This document shows positions 1 to 10,236 of a stretch of DNA of 54,763 nucleotides, in pieces. The notes beneath the pieces are model-generated. The model worked only from the letters and a program-made list of their open reading frames with translations, searched no databases and had not been told where the DNA came from. The translations under genes were made by a program, and so were the position numbers. Position 1 is the first letter of the stretch. The number at the start of each line of letters is the position of its first letter. This DNA comes from an uncultured Clostridium sp. (lineage in GTDB: Bacteria > Bacillota > Clostridia > TANB77 > CAG-508), in NCBI GenBank assembly GCA_964618105.1, contig CAZUAJ010000004.1:1-54763 (forward strand), given 5' to 3'.

Positions 1-20
1 ATAAACTTTTATTTTAATTT

Positions 21-91
21 TGTCAAGTTATTTCGCAAATGAGAAATAACTTTTTTATTTTAGATTTTATTTCTTGTTTAAGAAATAACTT
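21..91 (-). promoter_or_regulatory. Leftward promoter -35 (TTGACA) overlapped by operator-like GAAATAACTT repeats
   Basis: TTGACA on minus at 21-26; AAGTTATTTC 25-34 and GAAATAACTT 43-52 form an inverted repeat; third copy at 82-91. Confidence 0.45.
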
Positions 92-264
92 TTTATATTT
101 CATTACGAATTTTTTTCCGTTTGCGGAACTTTTTCGTAATATCCTATGTATGTTTAAGAGTATCAATATTTTACTTTTTGCCATTCCGCTTGTTCAGAGA
201 TTCTCCGAATCTCTTGCTCCATGGCATAAGACATTTCTAACTCGCTTCGCTCGAAGAACTGTCT

Positions 265-3200
265 TTAACAACAACATGCATGAGTGTACTGCCCACCATT
301 TTCTCGGGTTCCTGGTACATAACTGCTAATATAACCTGGTTTTAATATTTCTTTGTCAAATGGCGGGTCTAGTAATTTTATTACTCCATTTTCCTTGTCT
401 ATTAAATGGTTTTCTAAGCTTTCCATAGATATATATTTTTTGTCATTGTCTGCTGCTCCAGATATTACCGACCAGCTTTGTGCTATTGAGTCTATTCTAC
501 ATTCTTCATTTTGCATACTTCCTAACACATTTCCGTCATCCATAAATGCTCTTCTAAACCATCTACCATCCCATCCATTTTGGTTTAATGCTTTTTTTAA
601 TTTTTCCATTGTTTCTTCATATTTTTTTGCAAGTTCAGTTTCATTTTTTTCTATACATATTGGTATGAATTTTTTTAAAATATCATATATAAAAAATCCT
701 AACCATACACTTTCGCCTTTTCCTTTATTTCCTACTGTGCTAAATCCGTCGTTCCAGTCTCCTGATCCTATTTTAGGCAATCCATTTTCTCCAAAATTTA
801 ATGATATTTCTATTGCTTTTTTGCAATGTTCATATATACTTTCTGTAAAATCTGTTTGTTCATATTTGTCATATCTTTCGTCAACTCCTTCTATTAGCGG
901 TTCTGCTTTTAAATATAGTGTTTGAATTTCTAATATACTTTTATCACCAGTAAATGAAATATAGTCTTCTACCAAATATACAAGCCATAGTCTATCATCT
1001 GTAAATCGTGTACGTATTCCTCTTGATGTTTCTTCATGCCACCAGTGTTCTGTATCTCCCTCTATAAATTGGTGTTTACTGTGTTTAATTATTTGCTGTT
1101 TTGTAAATTCTGGTTTGACATATTTTAGTGCAATTGTATCTTGCAATTGGTCTCTAAAGCCTAATGCCCCACCTGATTGATAATAACCAGTTCTTGCTAA
1201 TATTCTTGATGCTAATGTTTGGTAAATTAACCAACTATTTAATAAAATGTTTGTAGATTCTAGTGGTGTGCTTACTTGTAGATTATTTGTTATTGTGCTC
1301 CAATAATTTTTTGTTTTTTCGTACTCTTCTTTTACATTACTTAAATTGTTGTATTTATATGCTATATCTTGACATTCTAATACTGTTTTTCCTACCCCTA
1401 ATGTGAATATTATTTCTTTATTTTCTAGCGCTTCTAGTTCTACTTCACATTGTACAGCTATTATTGTGTTGTGCCACAAACTGTTTTGGTTGTTTAATTT
1501 TATTTGGTGTATTGCATCTGGATTTGCTAAATTACTGTTACCTACAAAACTTTGCTTATTTCCTGTATATGATGTTATTTTTTCGCTACTTGATACAAAT
1601 AAATATTGTTGAAAAACAGATTCTTCTGCTGTGTTTTTCATACAAATTATATTTGAATTTGGTATATATTGTATTTCACAATATCCATTTGATTTTAGTT
1701 CATCTTCTTCTAGCACAGGTTTCATATAATATACTAATTTTATTTTTTTCTTTTTTAATCCATTGTTTTCTAGGCGTAATTTTTGCACTTTTATATTATC
1801 TTCTATGGGAATATATATTTCTAAGTTTTGGTTTATTTCATCACTTTGATGATTATATTTTGCATAACCTAAGCCATAGGTAATATAATAGTCATTTTCA
1901 TCTGGACATGGATTTAAGCCTAAAGACCACACTTTTTTAGTTTCTTGATTTTGCAAGTATATTATTTCTGATGGTACATCTTGAACTGGTAAATTGCACC
2001 AAGCAGTTAATCTATTTAACCTACTGTTTTTATACCATGTATAGCCACCCATTCCTTCTGTAACTAGTGTTCCAAATTCTTTGTTGGTTAAAATATGACT
2101 CCATACAGTTGGCAATTTTTCATCTTTATTTACTCTTATTTTGTATTCTTTTCCATCTTGTGAAAATCCACCATAATCATTTAAATATTTTAATTCTGTA
2201 AGTTTTTCTCTCTTTGCTGGTGTTGTTTCAATTATTCGTGGTGTTTCTTCAAATGGAATGTCTTTTATTGTTTCTAAATATTCATCTTCTAATTCTTTTA
2301 AATGTCTATATACATTAGTATATTTTGCATTTATACTTAAATTAGCACGATATTCTAAAAATTTTATTTCTTCTTGTGATAAATTTTCTAATACAAATAT
2401 TCCGCCTTTTATATTTTGCAAATATGAAAGATTTTCGTTTGATATACTGCTATAAATTTCTTCTTTTAAATTACCATTATAGCTGTATTTTTCTTGATTT
2501 ATAATTATTAAATCTACTAATATATTTTTTATTCTAAAATAATTGTATGCCTTTAAAATTTCTTTTAATGTTTCTATTTCATCTTTTTGTTTTATTTTTA
2601 GTAATAATATTGGTAAATCACCTGAAATGCCATATTGCCATAGTTTGCTTACTGGGGCATTTATGCCACTACAGATTAGCGTTTTTAATGGATTTGTGCA
2701 TAATAAATATCCAAGCATTTTTTGATATAGTTCTGTTTGTTTTGATTCTACTCCTAAATATTTATTTTCCGCTTCTTTACTTGCTCTTGCTAATTCAAAG
2801 TTATGTTTAATTGTAGCTTGATTTGTAAATTCTTTTAAATTATTTTGCACTTGTTCTTTTGTTTGACCAACTGATAATATTAGGTTTAATATTATTTTTT
2901 GCTCTGGTTTTATTGTTGTTGTTCTTTTCATTGCAGTAATTGGCTCTGTTGTAAGGTAAATATTATTACTTAACGGAATTGAATTTTTTATGGCAATTGG
3001 TAAGCCTAATTCGTTTCTTCCTAAAAACTTTTCTTTGTCAATTTCATATTCTAATTTGCCCACTGTTTCGTTTTCTGTGTAAAATTTAATTCCTAAAAAT
3101 ATTTGATTTTCACTTTCAGTTCTTTTTCTTCTTGTAACAATTATTGATTCTAAATCTTCTAAATATTCGTAACTTAAAAACAAATTATTAAAGCTTGGGT

Positions 3201-6200
3201 GACTATTATCTTGAGTTTCTTCTGAAAGTACTGGTTCTAAAAAGCTTGTTATTTCAAAAGTTTTAGTTTCTAGTGAATTATTTGTAATTTCTAAACTTCT
3301 TATTTCTGTAGGGTTATCTGGCATAATACTTGTTTTTAATATTGTTTCTATACCACCATCTTGTCTTACTATTTTGTTTTGGTCATCTGAAAAATACATT
3401 TCATATTTATCTGCATTTTTCATATAATTCATTTTATTTGCTGTCCATATTCTATTTGTTTTTACATCTTTAATATAAAAGAAAATTCCTTGTTCTATAT
3501 CATTAGTTTTTTTGTACCTGTTTATTAATATATTTTTATATTTACTATAACCTTCACCTTTTGCATTTGTTACTATTGTATATTCATTGTTTGAAATTAC
3601 ATTTGTTTGCGGAATTTTTAGGTTTGTTTTAGTTAGTTTTCTTATTTCATAATTATTGTCATATACATATTTTATTTTTTCTACTTTTTCTTTTTGTTCT
3701 TTTGTTATAATTATATTTTCTGGCATTTTTTCTTGAAGTAAAATATCTACTGCTTTAATTTCTGGGTTTTGCATAAACCTTTTTTGCATTATATTGTTTT
3801 TAAATAAATTATTTATTGCAAGTAATATTAGCCCTTGGTGGTGTGCCATATATGTTTTTACTACTGCGTATTTTTCGCCTTTTTTTAGCCTTGTTGGTGT
3901 ATAGTCAATTGACTCATAAAACCCGTATTGTTTATACATTTCATTTTGTTCTAGTATTTTTAGGTTTTGTATAACTTGTTGTGGTTCTTCTATAAGTGCT
4001 AAAATACTTGCGTAAGAGCTAACTACCATTTCGTCTGAAAGTCCTCTTTTTAACCCTATCCACGGAATTCCAAATGCTTTATATTGATAATTATTTTGTA
4101 GGTCTTTCAAATAAAATGCAGACTCTGATATTCCCCATGGAATGTTAAGTTTTTTTGCATATTCTTTTTGACTCATAAGCATAAATTTGCATGATTCGTC
4201 TAGTAAACTACCTGGATATTTTGGTATATTTATATTTGGCATAAAATATTCAAATGCTGTTCCAGACCATGATACAAGCCCTTTATATTTATTTAATATT
4301 GTTAGTGTTCTACTTAAATTGTTCCAGTGTCTAGCTGGTACATCTTTTTTTGCAATTGCTATTAAGCTTGTTTGCCTTGCTTCTGATGCTAGCAAATCAT
4401 AATATGAATCTGTTAAATTGTTTTCTTCTACATTAAAACCTATTGAAAATAGTCGTGTGTTTTCATCATATAGTTTTGAAAAATCTGTGTTATTTATTAA
4501 AGTTTCTGTTGTTAATATTAGTTGATCTATTGTATTTTCATTTTTAAATTGCTCTTTAATTTCAATTAAAAACTGTTTTAAAGTATATAAATAACCTACA
4601 AAATTTCCGCTATCAACAGATGATATATACCTTGGCATTAATGGTTGCAAATTACTTATATTGTACCAATTGTATAAATGTCCATTCCATTTTTGTAAAT
4701 TGCTAATTGTATTTAACATTTTTTCTAATACTTTTATTGTATTTTCTAAATTTTCGTATCCTAAGTCATAACTTGCAACAACCGAAAGTAATCCAAGTCC
4801 AATATTAGTAGGTGATGTTCTATTTACTGTTTTTGGTTTTCTATCTTCTTGATAATTATCTGGTGGTAAAAAATTATTTTTTTCATTTATAAAATCTTTA
4901 AAAAATTGCCAAGTTTTTTTACCTAAATTAAGCAAATATTGCCTATCGTTTTCCCCAATTTTATCAATTTTGTGTATAACTTTGCATTCTTTGCTAATTT
5001 GCCACATTATACAAGGAGTAATTAACCATAAAATTGCAAATAACAGAATAAATATATTAGTAAAGTTTAATGGTAATATAAATACAAATAATAGTGCTAA
5101 TATACCTAAAACAACATTTGATATCATGTTTTTATAATAGGATATTATATCTTTTTTTGCATTTTTTTCTGCTTCTTCTGATGTCATCCATTCTAGTAAA
5201 TGTTTTCTAGTAAAAAATACTCTTTTTATACTTTTTATACATGCATTTAAATTTGAGTAAGCTTTATTGGGTAAATTGCCTAAGGCCAAAATTCCCCTTT
5301 GAACTGCAGCATTTGTAGCTGATATACCTTTGGTAAATGTTTTTTGTATAGTTTCTTGGTCTTTTTTAAATATTATTCTATTTAGTAATTCTAAAATTGT
5401 TGGAGTTATTATTGCAGTTATTAATAACATTATTATTGGCCAAATTTTTATATTATATAATAATTTAAATATACTTACAAATATAATTGCTATTAGTGTT
5501 GTTGGTTCTAGTAAACTTCTTATTAAATTATCTAGTATTTTGTATTTTGATAAAATATTTAATGGATTTTGCTTTTTATCTCCATTTTTATTTATTATTG
5601 TATTATTTAACCATGGCAATAATTGCCAATCTCCACGTGTCCATCTATGGTTCCTTGCTTTAGCACTATTATAGCCTGTTGGATAACCATCAAGTAACAT
5701 TATATCTGTTGCAAGTCCGCATCTTAAGTAACTGCCTTCTAATAAGTCATGGCTTAATACGGTATTTTGTGGTATTTCATTTGCCAGTACTGTAGAAAAC
5801 ATTTCTAGATCATATATACCTTTTCCAGTAAAAATTCCCTCATCAAAATTATCTTGATAAATATCTGAAATTGCATTTGTATATGCATCTTTTCCACCTG
5901 AACCAGCATATAGTTTTGTAAAATAACTTTTTTGTATATCTACAAGTGAAATTCCAACTCTTGGTTGAATTAAAGCATGTCCTTCTACAACTAAATCTTT
6001 TTTATGATTCAATACTGGCTTATTTAATATATGTGCCATTGCACCAATAAGCTCTATACCTGTGTTTAAGCAAAGTTCTGTGTCTGCATCTAATGTTATT
6101 ACATATTTTATTTTAGGAATTACATTTAAGTCAATTTGGCTATTATTTTTTTCTACACTTTGTTTTTTTAAGTCTTCAATTGTATTTACCCAAAATTCAT

Positions 6201-8001
6201 TTTTACTTTTTCCTAAAATATATTCATTAAATTGATTTATTAAGCCTCTTTTACGTTCCCAGCCCAAATAGCACTCCTCTGCAGTATTCCAGGTTCTTTT
6301 TCTATATAAAAAATGAAATTTATTAAATGTACTATCTGGATATTTTTTATTTAGTTTTTCAACTTGCTTTAATCCTGTTTGTATAACTTGTTCATCAAAA
6401 GGTTCTATTTCATTTTTTCCTGCAGTACAATCACCTAATAGTGCAAAATATATATTATCACTTTTGTTTGCCATATAATATGTTTCTAAGTTATTCATCA
6501 TTTTTTCAACTTTTTGTTTTGAATTGACAATTGTAGGTATAACAACAAATGTAGCCGACTCTTTTGGTACACCTGATTCATAGTCTAATTTTGGTATTGG
6601 TTTTGGTTTTATTAATTTACCTAAAATGTATTGAGTAACTTGTACAACAATAGTTTGAGCGGGTATAACTAATAATATTCCTAATAATACTGCAAACCAT
6701 AGCGAAAATTTGCCTTTTGTATAAAATAAACTTGAAAATATTGTACAAATTATAACTGTTAAAACACATAATACTGTAAGCCAAATAATAATTTTTTTAT
6801 CATTTGACATTGTTTTAATTTTTTTACCAGTTAATTCTTGAATTAGTTTCTGTTTTCCATTTGATATTAAATAATATCCTACATGTTTTTGTTTTTCTAA
6901 TTTAGCATTAACTTGAATACTATTTTCATTTACATTATGTTTTGAGACATTTGTTGCCAAACTTAAAATTTTTTTTGCAATATATATTTCTGAAATTTTG
7001 GTTTTTTTAGCTATTTCTTTTATTACATTTCTATAAATTGTTTTTGTTTTATAATCCATTTTTTCGTATACATTTGCTGGATCTTGTTTTAATATTTCTT
7101 CTACTCCATTTATATCTTCAAAAATTTCTAACATACTAATTCTATTTAAGTTTTTAATACTTGTAATACAGTTTCCCATTGAAACTTTATTTATAGCAAT
7201 TTCAAAATGTTCTTTTTTTATTGCTTCATCTAAACTCATTCCTGCCCTGTTTACTTGCTCTTCTAATATAGAAATATATGGATATGCTTTTTTACCGTAC
7301 TTTTTTAGTTTGTATGATAAATATTCAATAAACGTATATTTCATTTCAGTTTGTTTAGACATTTTGTTTTTATAATCAGATATATTCGTAAATTGTAGTT
7401 CTTCTTTATTTTTCTGCTCTACCAATCTTTCAATTATATTTTCTACTTTATATTTTTGAACTTGTGAAACATAAATATTTTCACAAATTTGCCTAATGTT
7501 TTCAATTAAGGCAATTTTCATAAAAAGCTCCATGCTCCATATTTCTTCCATACTTAGTGTTTTATTTTTCTGATATGCTTGTAAATAACTGCTTAAGTTT
7601 TTTCCATCTATTTTATTATCTGTGTAATTTACAATTTCACTTGCTAGCACATACACTCTTGCAAACCCTGCATAATTACCATTTGCTAACCCTAGAAACT
7701 TTGTATATTTATTTTTGGTAAGCTCTAGTTTTATGCCCTTTACAGCTTCATCTATAATATAATAGTTATCTAAAATCCATTCTCCTGCTGCATGTATTGG
7801 TATTTTTAATTTTACATGTTCATTTAATAAATTATATACTTCGGTAATTATTTCAAAATTTTCTTTTAGCCTTGGAATTGGATATGTTTCTTTACTAGAA
7901 AAACTTTGTAAATTATGGCTTGCTGCTACTTTTTCTAAATATTCTTCTAATTGATTTTCACCTAAAATTGTACCTTTTATCGTTAATGTTTTATATTGCA
8001 T
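265..8001 (-). CDS. Cyclic beta-1,2-glucan synthase/phosphorylase-like protein (Cgs/NdvB type, GT84 + glucoamylase-like + GH94), C-terminally truncated
   Basis: 2578 aa; GT84 motifs GWERKRG, LDAD, SHDLLEG, RWTRGDWQ; TM block; GH94 motifs QSGGALGFRDQLQD, GDWNDG, RENGGQYTHA. Stops three codons after GGQYTHA, where homologues normally continue. Confidence 0.85.
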   Translation of the reverse strand: MQYKTLTIKGTILGENQLEEYLEKVAASHNLQSFSSKETYPIPRLKENFEIITEVYNLLNEHVKLKIPIHAAGEWILDNYYIIDEAVKGIKLELTKNKYTKFLGLANGNYAGFARVYVLASEIVNYTDNKIDGKNLSSYLQAYQKNKTLSMEEIWSMELFMKIALIENIRQICENIYVSQVQKYKVENIIERLVEQKNKEELQFTNISDYKNKMSKQTEMKYTFIEYLSYKLKKYGKKAYPYISILEEQVNRAGMSLDEAIKKEHFEIAINKVSMGNCITSIKNLNRISMLEIFEDINGVEEILKQDPANVYEKMDYKTKTIYRNVIKEIAKKTKISEIYIAKKILSLATNVSKHNVNENSIQVNAKLEKQKHVGYYLISNGKQKLIQELTGKKIKTMSNDKKIIIWLTVLCVLTVIICTIFSSLFYTKGKFSLWFAVLLGILLVIPAQTIVVQVTQYILGKLIKPKPIPKLDYESGVPKESATFVVIPTIVNSKQKVEKMMNNLETYYMANKSDNIYFALLGDCTAGKNEIEPFDEQVIQTGLKQVEKLNKKYPDSTFNKFHFLYRKRTWNTAEECYLGWERKRGLINQFNEYILGKSKNEFWVNTIEDLKKQSVEKNNSQIDLNVIPKIKYVITLDADTELCLNTGIELIGAMAHILNKPVLNHKKDLVVEGHALIQPRVGISLVDIQKSYFTKLYAGSGGKDAYTNAISDIYQDNFDEGIFTGKGIYDLEMFSTVLANEIPQNTVLSHDLLEGSYLRCGLATDIMLLDGYPTGYNSAKARNHRWTRGDWQLLPWLNNTIINKNGDKKQNPLNILSKYKILDNLIRSLLEPTTLIAIIFVSIFKLLYNIKIWPIIMLLITAIITPTILELLNRIIFKKDQETIQKTFTKGISATNAAVQRGILALGNLPNKAYSNLNACIKSIKRVFFTRKHLLEWMTSEEAEKNAKKDIISYYKNMISNVVLGILALLFVFILPLNFTNIFILLFAILWLITPCIMWQISKECKVIHKIDKIGENDRQYLLNLGKKTWQFFKDFINEKNNFLPPDNYQEDRKPKTVNRTSPTNIGLGLLSVVASYDLGYENLENTIKVLEKMLNTISNLQKWNGHLYNWYNISNLQPLMPRYISSVDSGNFVGYLYTLKQFLIEIKEQFKNENTIDQLILTTETLINNTDFSKLYDENTRLFSIGFNVEENNLTDSYYDLLASEARQTSLIAIAKKDVPARHWNNLSRTLTILNKYKGLVSWSGTAFEYFMPNINIPKYPGSLLDESCKFMLMSQKEYAKKLNIPWGISESAFYLKDLQNNYQYKAFGIPWIGLKRGLSDEMVVSSYASILALIEEPQQVIQNLKILEQNEMYKQYGFYESIDYTPTRLKKGEKYAVVKTYMAHHQGLILLAINNLFKNNIMQKRFMQNPEIKAVDILLQEKMPENIIITKEQKEKVEKIKYVYDNNYEIRKLTKTNLKIPQTNVISNNEYTIVTNAKGEGYSKYKNILINRYKKTNDIEQGIFFYIKDVKTNRIWTANKMNYMKNADKYEMYFSDDQNKIVRQDGGIETILKTSIMPDNPTEIRSLEITNNSLETKTFEITSFLEPVLSEETQDNSHPSFNNLFLSYEYLEDLESIIVTRRKRTESENQIFLGIKFYTENETVGKLEYEIDKEKFLGRNELGLPIAIKNSIPLSNNIYLTTEPITAMKRTTTIKPEQKIILNLILSVGQTKEQVQNNLKEFTNQATIKHNFELARASKEAENKYLGVESKQTELYQKMLGYLLCTNPLKTLICSGINAPVSKLWQYGISGDLPILLLKIKQKDEIETLKEILKAYNYFRIKNILVDLIIINQEKYSYNGNLKEEIYSSISNENLSYLQNIKGGIFVLENLSQEEIKFLEYRANLSINAKYTNVYRHLKELEDEYLETIKDIPFEETPRIIETTPAKREKLTELKYLNDYGGFSQDGKEYKIRVNKDEKLPTVWSHILTNKEFGTLVTEGMGGYTWYKNSRLNRLTAWCNLPVQDVPSEIIYLQNQETKKVWSLGLNPCPDENDYYITYGLGYAKYNHQSDEINQNLEIYIPIEDNIKVQKLRLENNGLKKKKIKLVYYMKPVLEEDELKSNGYCEIQYIPNSNIICMKNTAEESVFQQYLFVSSSEKITSYTGNKQSFVGNSNLANPDAIHQIKLNNQNSLWHNTIIAVQCEVELEALENKEIIFTLGVGKTVLECQDIAYKYNNLSNVKEEYEKTKNYWSTITNNLQVSTPLESTNILLNSWLIYQTLASRILARTGYYQSGGALGFRDQLQDTIALKYVKPEFTKQQIIKHSKHQFIEGDTEHWWHEETSRGIRTRFTDDRLWLVYLVEDYISFTGDKSILEIQTLYLKAEPLIEGVDERYDKYEQTDFTESIYEHCKKAIEISLNFGENGLPKIGSGDWNDGFSTVGNKGKGESVWLGFFIYDILKKFIPICIEKNETELAKKYEETMEKLKKALNQNGWDGRWFRRAFMDDGNVLGSMQNEECRIDSIAQSWSVISGAADNDKKYISMESLENHLIDKENGVIKLLDPPFDKEILKPGYISSYVPGTRENGGQYTHACCC

Positions 8002-8109
8002 TATAAATTTTCACTCCTTGCATTATATGTTTTACACTTATTTTTTGCAAAAAGTGGAATTTTATTCATTTTTATATTTTTTACACATATACATTTATGG
8101 GGTGTGTTT

Positions 8110-8823
8110 ATGATTATATTAAATAAAAAAAGATTATTAGCAATGTTAAGTATTATTTGTGTTGCTGTTTTTGTATTTAGTTTTCAAATTGCCAATACTA
8201 ATAATACTATTTCAACAGTTTCTTTACCTGTTTCAAATAAAGTTATTGTTTTAGATGCTGGGCATGGCAAACCTGATGAAGGAGCACAGTCAAGTAATGG
8301 AACAACTGAAGCTGAAACCAATTTAAAAATTACTTTAAAGGTACAAAGTTTGCTAGAGCAATCTGGTGCAACTGTAATTTTAACACGTAGTGATGAAAAC
8401 GCTATTTATGATTTAGATAAAAATACTTTAAAAGAAAAAAAGATTTCTGATATTCATAATAGGGTTAAAATTGGTAATGAAAGTTCTGCTGATATTTTTG
8501 TTTCTATTCATTTGAACAAAATTCCGCAAGAGCAATATTATGGCTGGCAATGTTTTTATAAACAAAATGATGAAAAAAGTATTTCTTTAGCTAAAAGTTT
8601 ACAAGAAAATTTGAATGATGCTATTCAAAAAGAGAATAAAAGAGTTGCTATGAAGCTTGATAATGTTTATATTATTAAACATGTTGAAATTCCTATTTCT
8701 ATTGTTGAATGTGGTTTTCTTTCTAATGTTGAAGAAGAATCTCAGCTTTTAAATGATGATTATCAAAATAGACTTGCTTGGGGCATTTATAATGGAATAA
8801 TGGATTATTTTTATAACACATAG
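8110..8823 (+). CDS. cwlD: N-acetylmuramoyl-L-alanine amidase, CwlD-like (Amidase_3)
   Basis: VLDAGHG, FVSIHLN and IVECGFLSN motifs with N-terminal TM segment; likely start is ATG 8110 after GGGGTG, not 7996. Confidence 0.75.
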   Translation: MIILNKKRLLAMLSIICVAVFVFSFQIANTNNTISTVSLPVSNKVIVLDAGHGKPDEGAQSSNGTTEAETNLKITLKVQSLLEQSGATVILTRSDENAIYDLDKNTLKEKKISDIHNRVKIGNESSADIFVSIHLNKIPQEQYYGWQCFYKQNDEKSISLAKSLQENLNDAIQKENKRVAMKLDNVYIIKHVEIPISIVECGFLSNVEEESQLLNDDYQNRLAWGIYNGIMDYFYNT

Positions 8824-8860
8824 TATTTCTTCTATTGAACTGTTAAGTATAAAATAATTC

Positions 8861-8898
8861 AAAACAAAGGCTTTGCAAAAATGCAAAGCCTTTGTTTT
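8861..8898. terminator. Bidirectional intrinsic terminator
   Basis: AAAACAAAGGCTTTGCA / TGCAAAGCCTTTGTTTT inverted repeat between convergent genes. Confidence 0.8.
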
Positions 8899-8900
8899 GA

Positions 8901-9224
8901 TTATCCATCTATTTGTTTTCCAAATATTGATTTAGCTAATTCACCAACTACTGGTAGTTCTGGGTCTTCTTCTTTGTTTGCTTTAACTATACCAAATATA
9001 ATTGCTAAGATATATATTATCCATAATGCAGTACCAAAAAATGGTATTGTAATTGGTATAAAACTATAAGCTGTAGAAATAATAGTATAACCTAGCCCTA
9101 TTACAATTGCTTGAGCAGCATGCATTTTAGTATTTCTTTCATTATCTTTTAATGCAAATAATACTATTAGACCTCCTAGCCATCCAAAAACATAAGCTAT
9201 AATGGCTCTTCCTTTTTGGCTCAT
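8901..9224 (-). CDS. Small membrane protein, DUF4870-like
   Basis: 107 aa, three hydrophobic segments, AYVFGWLGGLI...HAAQA...ELPVVG pattern; GGGGG RBS. Confidence 0.65.
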   Translation of the reverse strand: MSQKGRAIIAYVFGWLGGLIVLFALKDNERNTKMHAAQAIVIGLGYTIISTAYSFIPITIPFFGTALWIIYILAIIFGIVKANKEEDPELPVVGELAKSIFGKQIDG

Positions 9225-9291
9225 TAAAATCCCCCCTATTCTTTTTTATGTGTTTATAATAACATTATTGTCGAAAAATGTAAATAACTTT

Positions 9292-10221
9292 TTATTTATT
9301 CTTTCTTCTATCAATTACATAAGTACTTCCTGGTGTCATTTTAGCTAAATGTTTAACTTGAGCTGCTGTTTCCCCTATTTCTAAAACATTTTTAAATCTT
9401 CCTTTATCCACAACAACTACTGCAATAGATATACTTGTAAGCGGAAACTGCTCCATTATGCATTTTCTATTTGGTACTTCTAAGTAGCCTTTTTCTACAT
9501 CTGATTTGTTAAAGTATTTTAATACTCCTTGGTCAAATTCTAAATTTATATTTTGGCATACTTTTTCACAGTTTATATTTGATGTAATCGCAACAAAGTC
9601 ATCTCCACCAATGTGCCCTACAAAATTACTTTCATTTTCTGTTTCATGCAAATGATTTGATATACATCTTGCTGTAAATTTAATTATTTCATCTCCATTC
9701 AAAAAACCATATATATCATTATATGCTTTAAAATTATCTAAGTCTATATACAGTATTGAAAACTGTTCGTTATTAAGCAATCTTTTTTTTATTTCAGCTT
9801 GAATTTGCACATTTCCTGGCAACCCTGTTAATGGACTTACCCTTCTATTTGTATCTAATAAACGAATTACATTTTTTACAGTATAGTATAAGTATTGTTC
9901 ATCAATTGGTACTTTTATATAATGTTCAACACATGCTTGTAACACTTGTATTCTATGTTCTTTTTCTGTTATTGAAGATATTACAATTATAGGTGTTATG
10001 CTATTATCTTCATTTTTTCTAATTTTGTTACAAATTTCAATAATATCTTCTTTTATTCCATCTTCATTTATAATTATTAATGCTGGAATATTTTTTAATA
10101 CATTTTCTATTTCAGTTGCCTTAGCTTTTTTAAATTTATATTCTTTTTCCTTTTTAAATAATTCGTTTAATTTATTTTTCAAGTCATTATTTTCATCAAT
10201 TAAATAAATTTCTTGTGCCAT
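9292..10221 (-). CDS. Receiver-like domain + GGDEF diguanylate cyclase
   Basis: N-terminal degenerate REC fold; SPLTGLPGN, DLDNFKAYND and GHIGGDDF motifs. Confidence 0.85.
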   Translation of the reverse strand: MAQEIYLIDENNDLKNKLNELFKKEKEYKFKKAKATEIENVLKNIPALIIINEDGIKEDIIEICNKIRKNEDNSITPIIVISSITEKEHRIQVLQACVEHYIKVPIDEQYLYYTVKNVIRLLDTNRRVSPLTGLPGNVQIQAEIKKRLLNNEQFSILYIDLDNFKAYNDIYGFLNGDEIIKFTARCISNHLHETENESNFVGHIGGDDFVAITSNINCEKVCQNINLEFDQGVLKYFNKSDVEKGYLEVPNRKCIMEQFPLTSISIAVVVVDKGRFKNVLEIGETAAQVKHLAKMTPGSTYVIDRRKNK

Positions 10222-10236
10222 CTTTTGTCTCCTTTG

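Noticed and set aside
228-280. Group II intron interrupting the GH94 gene
   Set aside because: No GTGCG 5' end at the junction and no recognisable intron domains or RT in the window.
7868-7874. AGG as a second shift codon
   Set aside because: AGG occurs in frame as Arg in uninterrupted ORFs (PIPRLK here, also rpsU LKRFK).
8020-8100. Sporulation sigma-factor (CATA-type -10) promoters between the glucan synthase and cwlD
   Set aside because: CATA-like elements are present but too degenerate in AT-rich DNA to assign.
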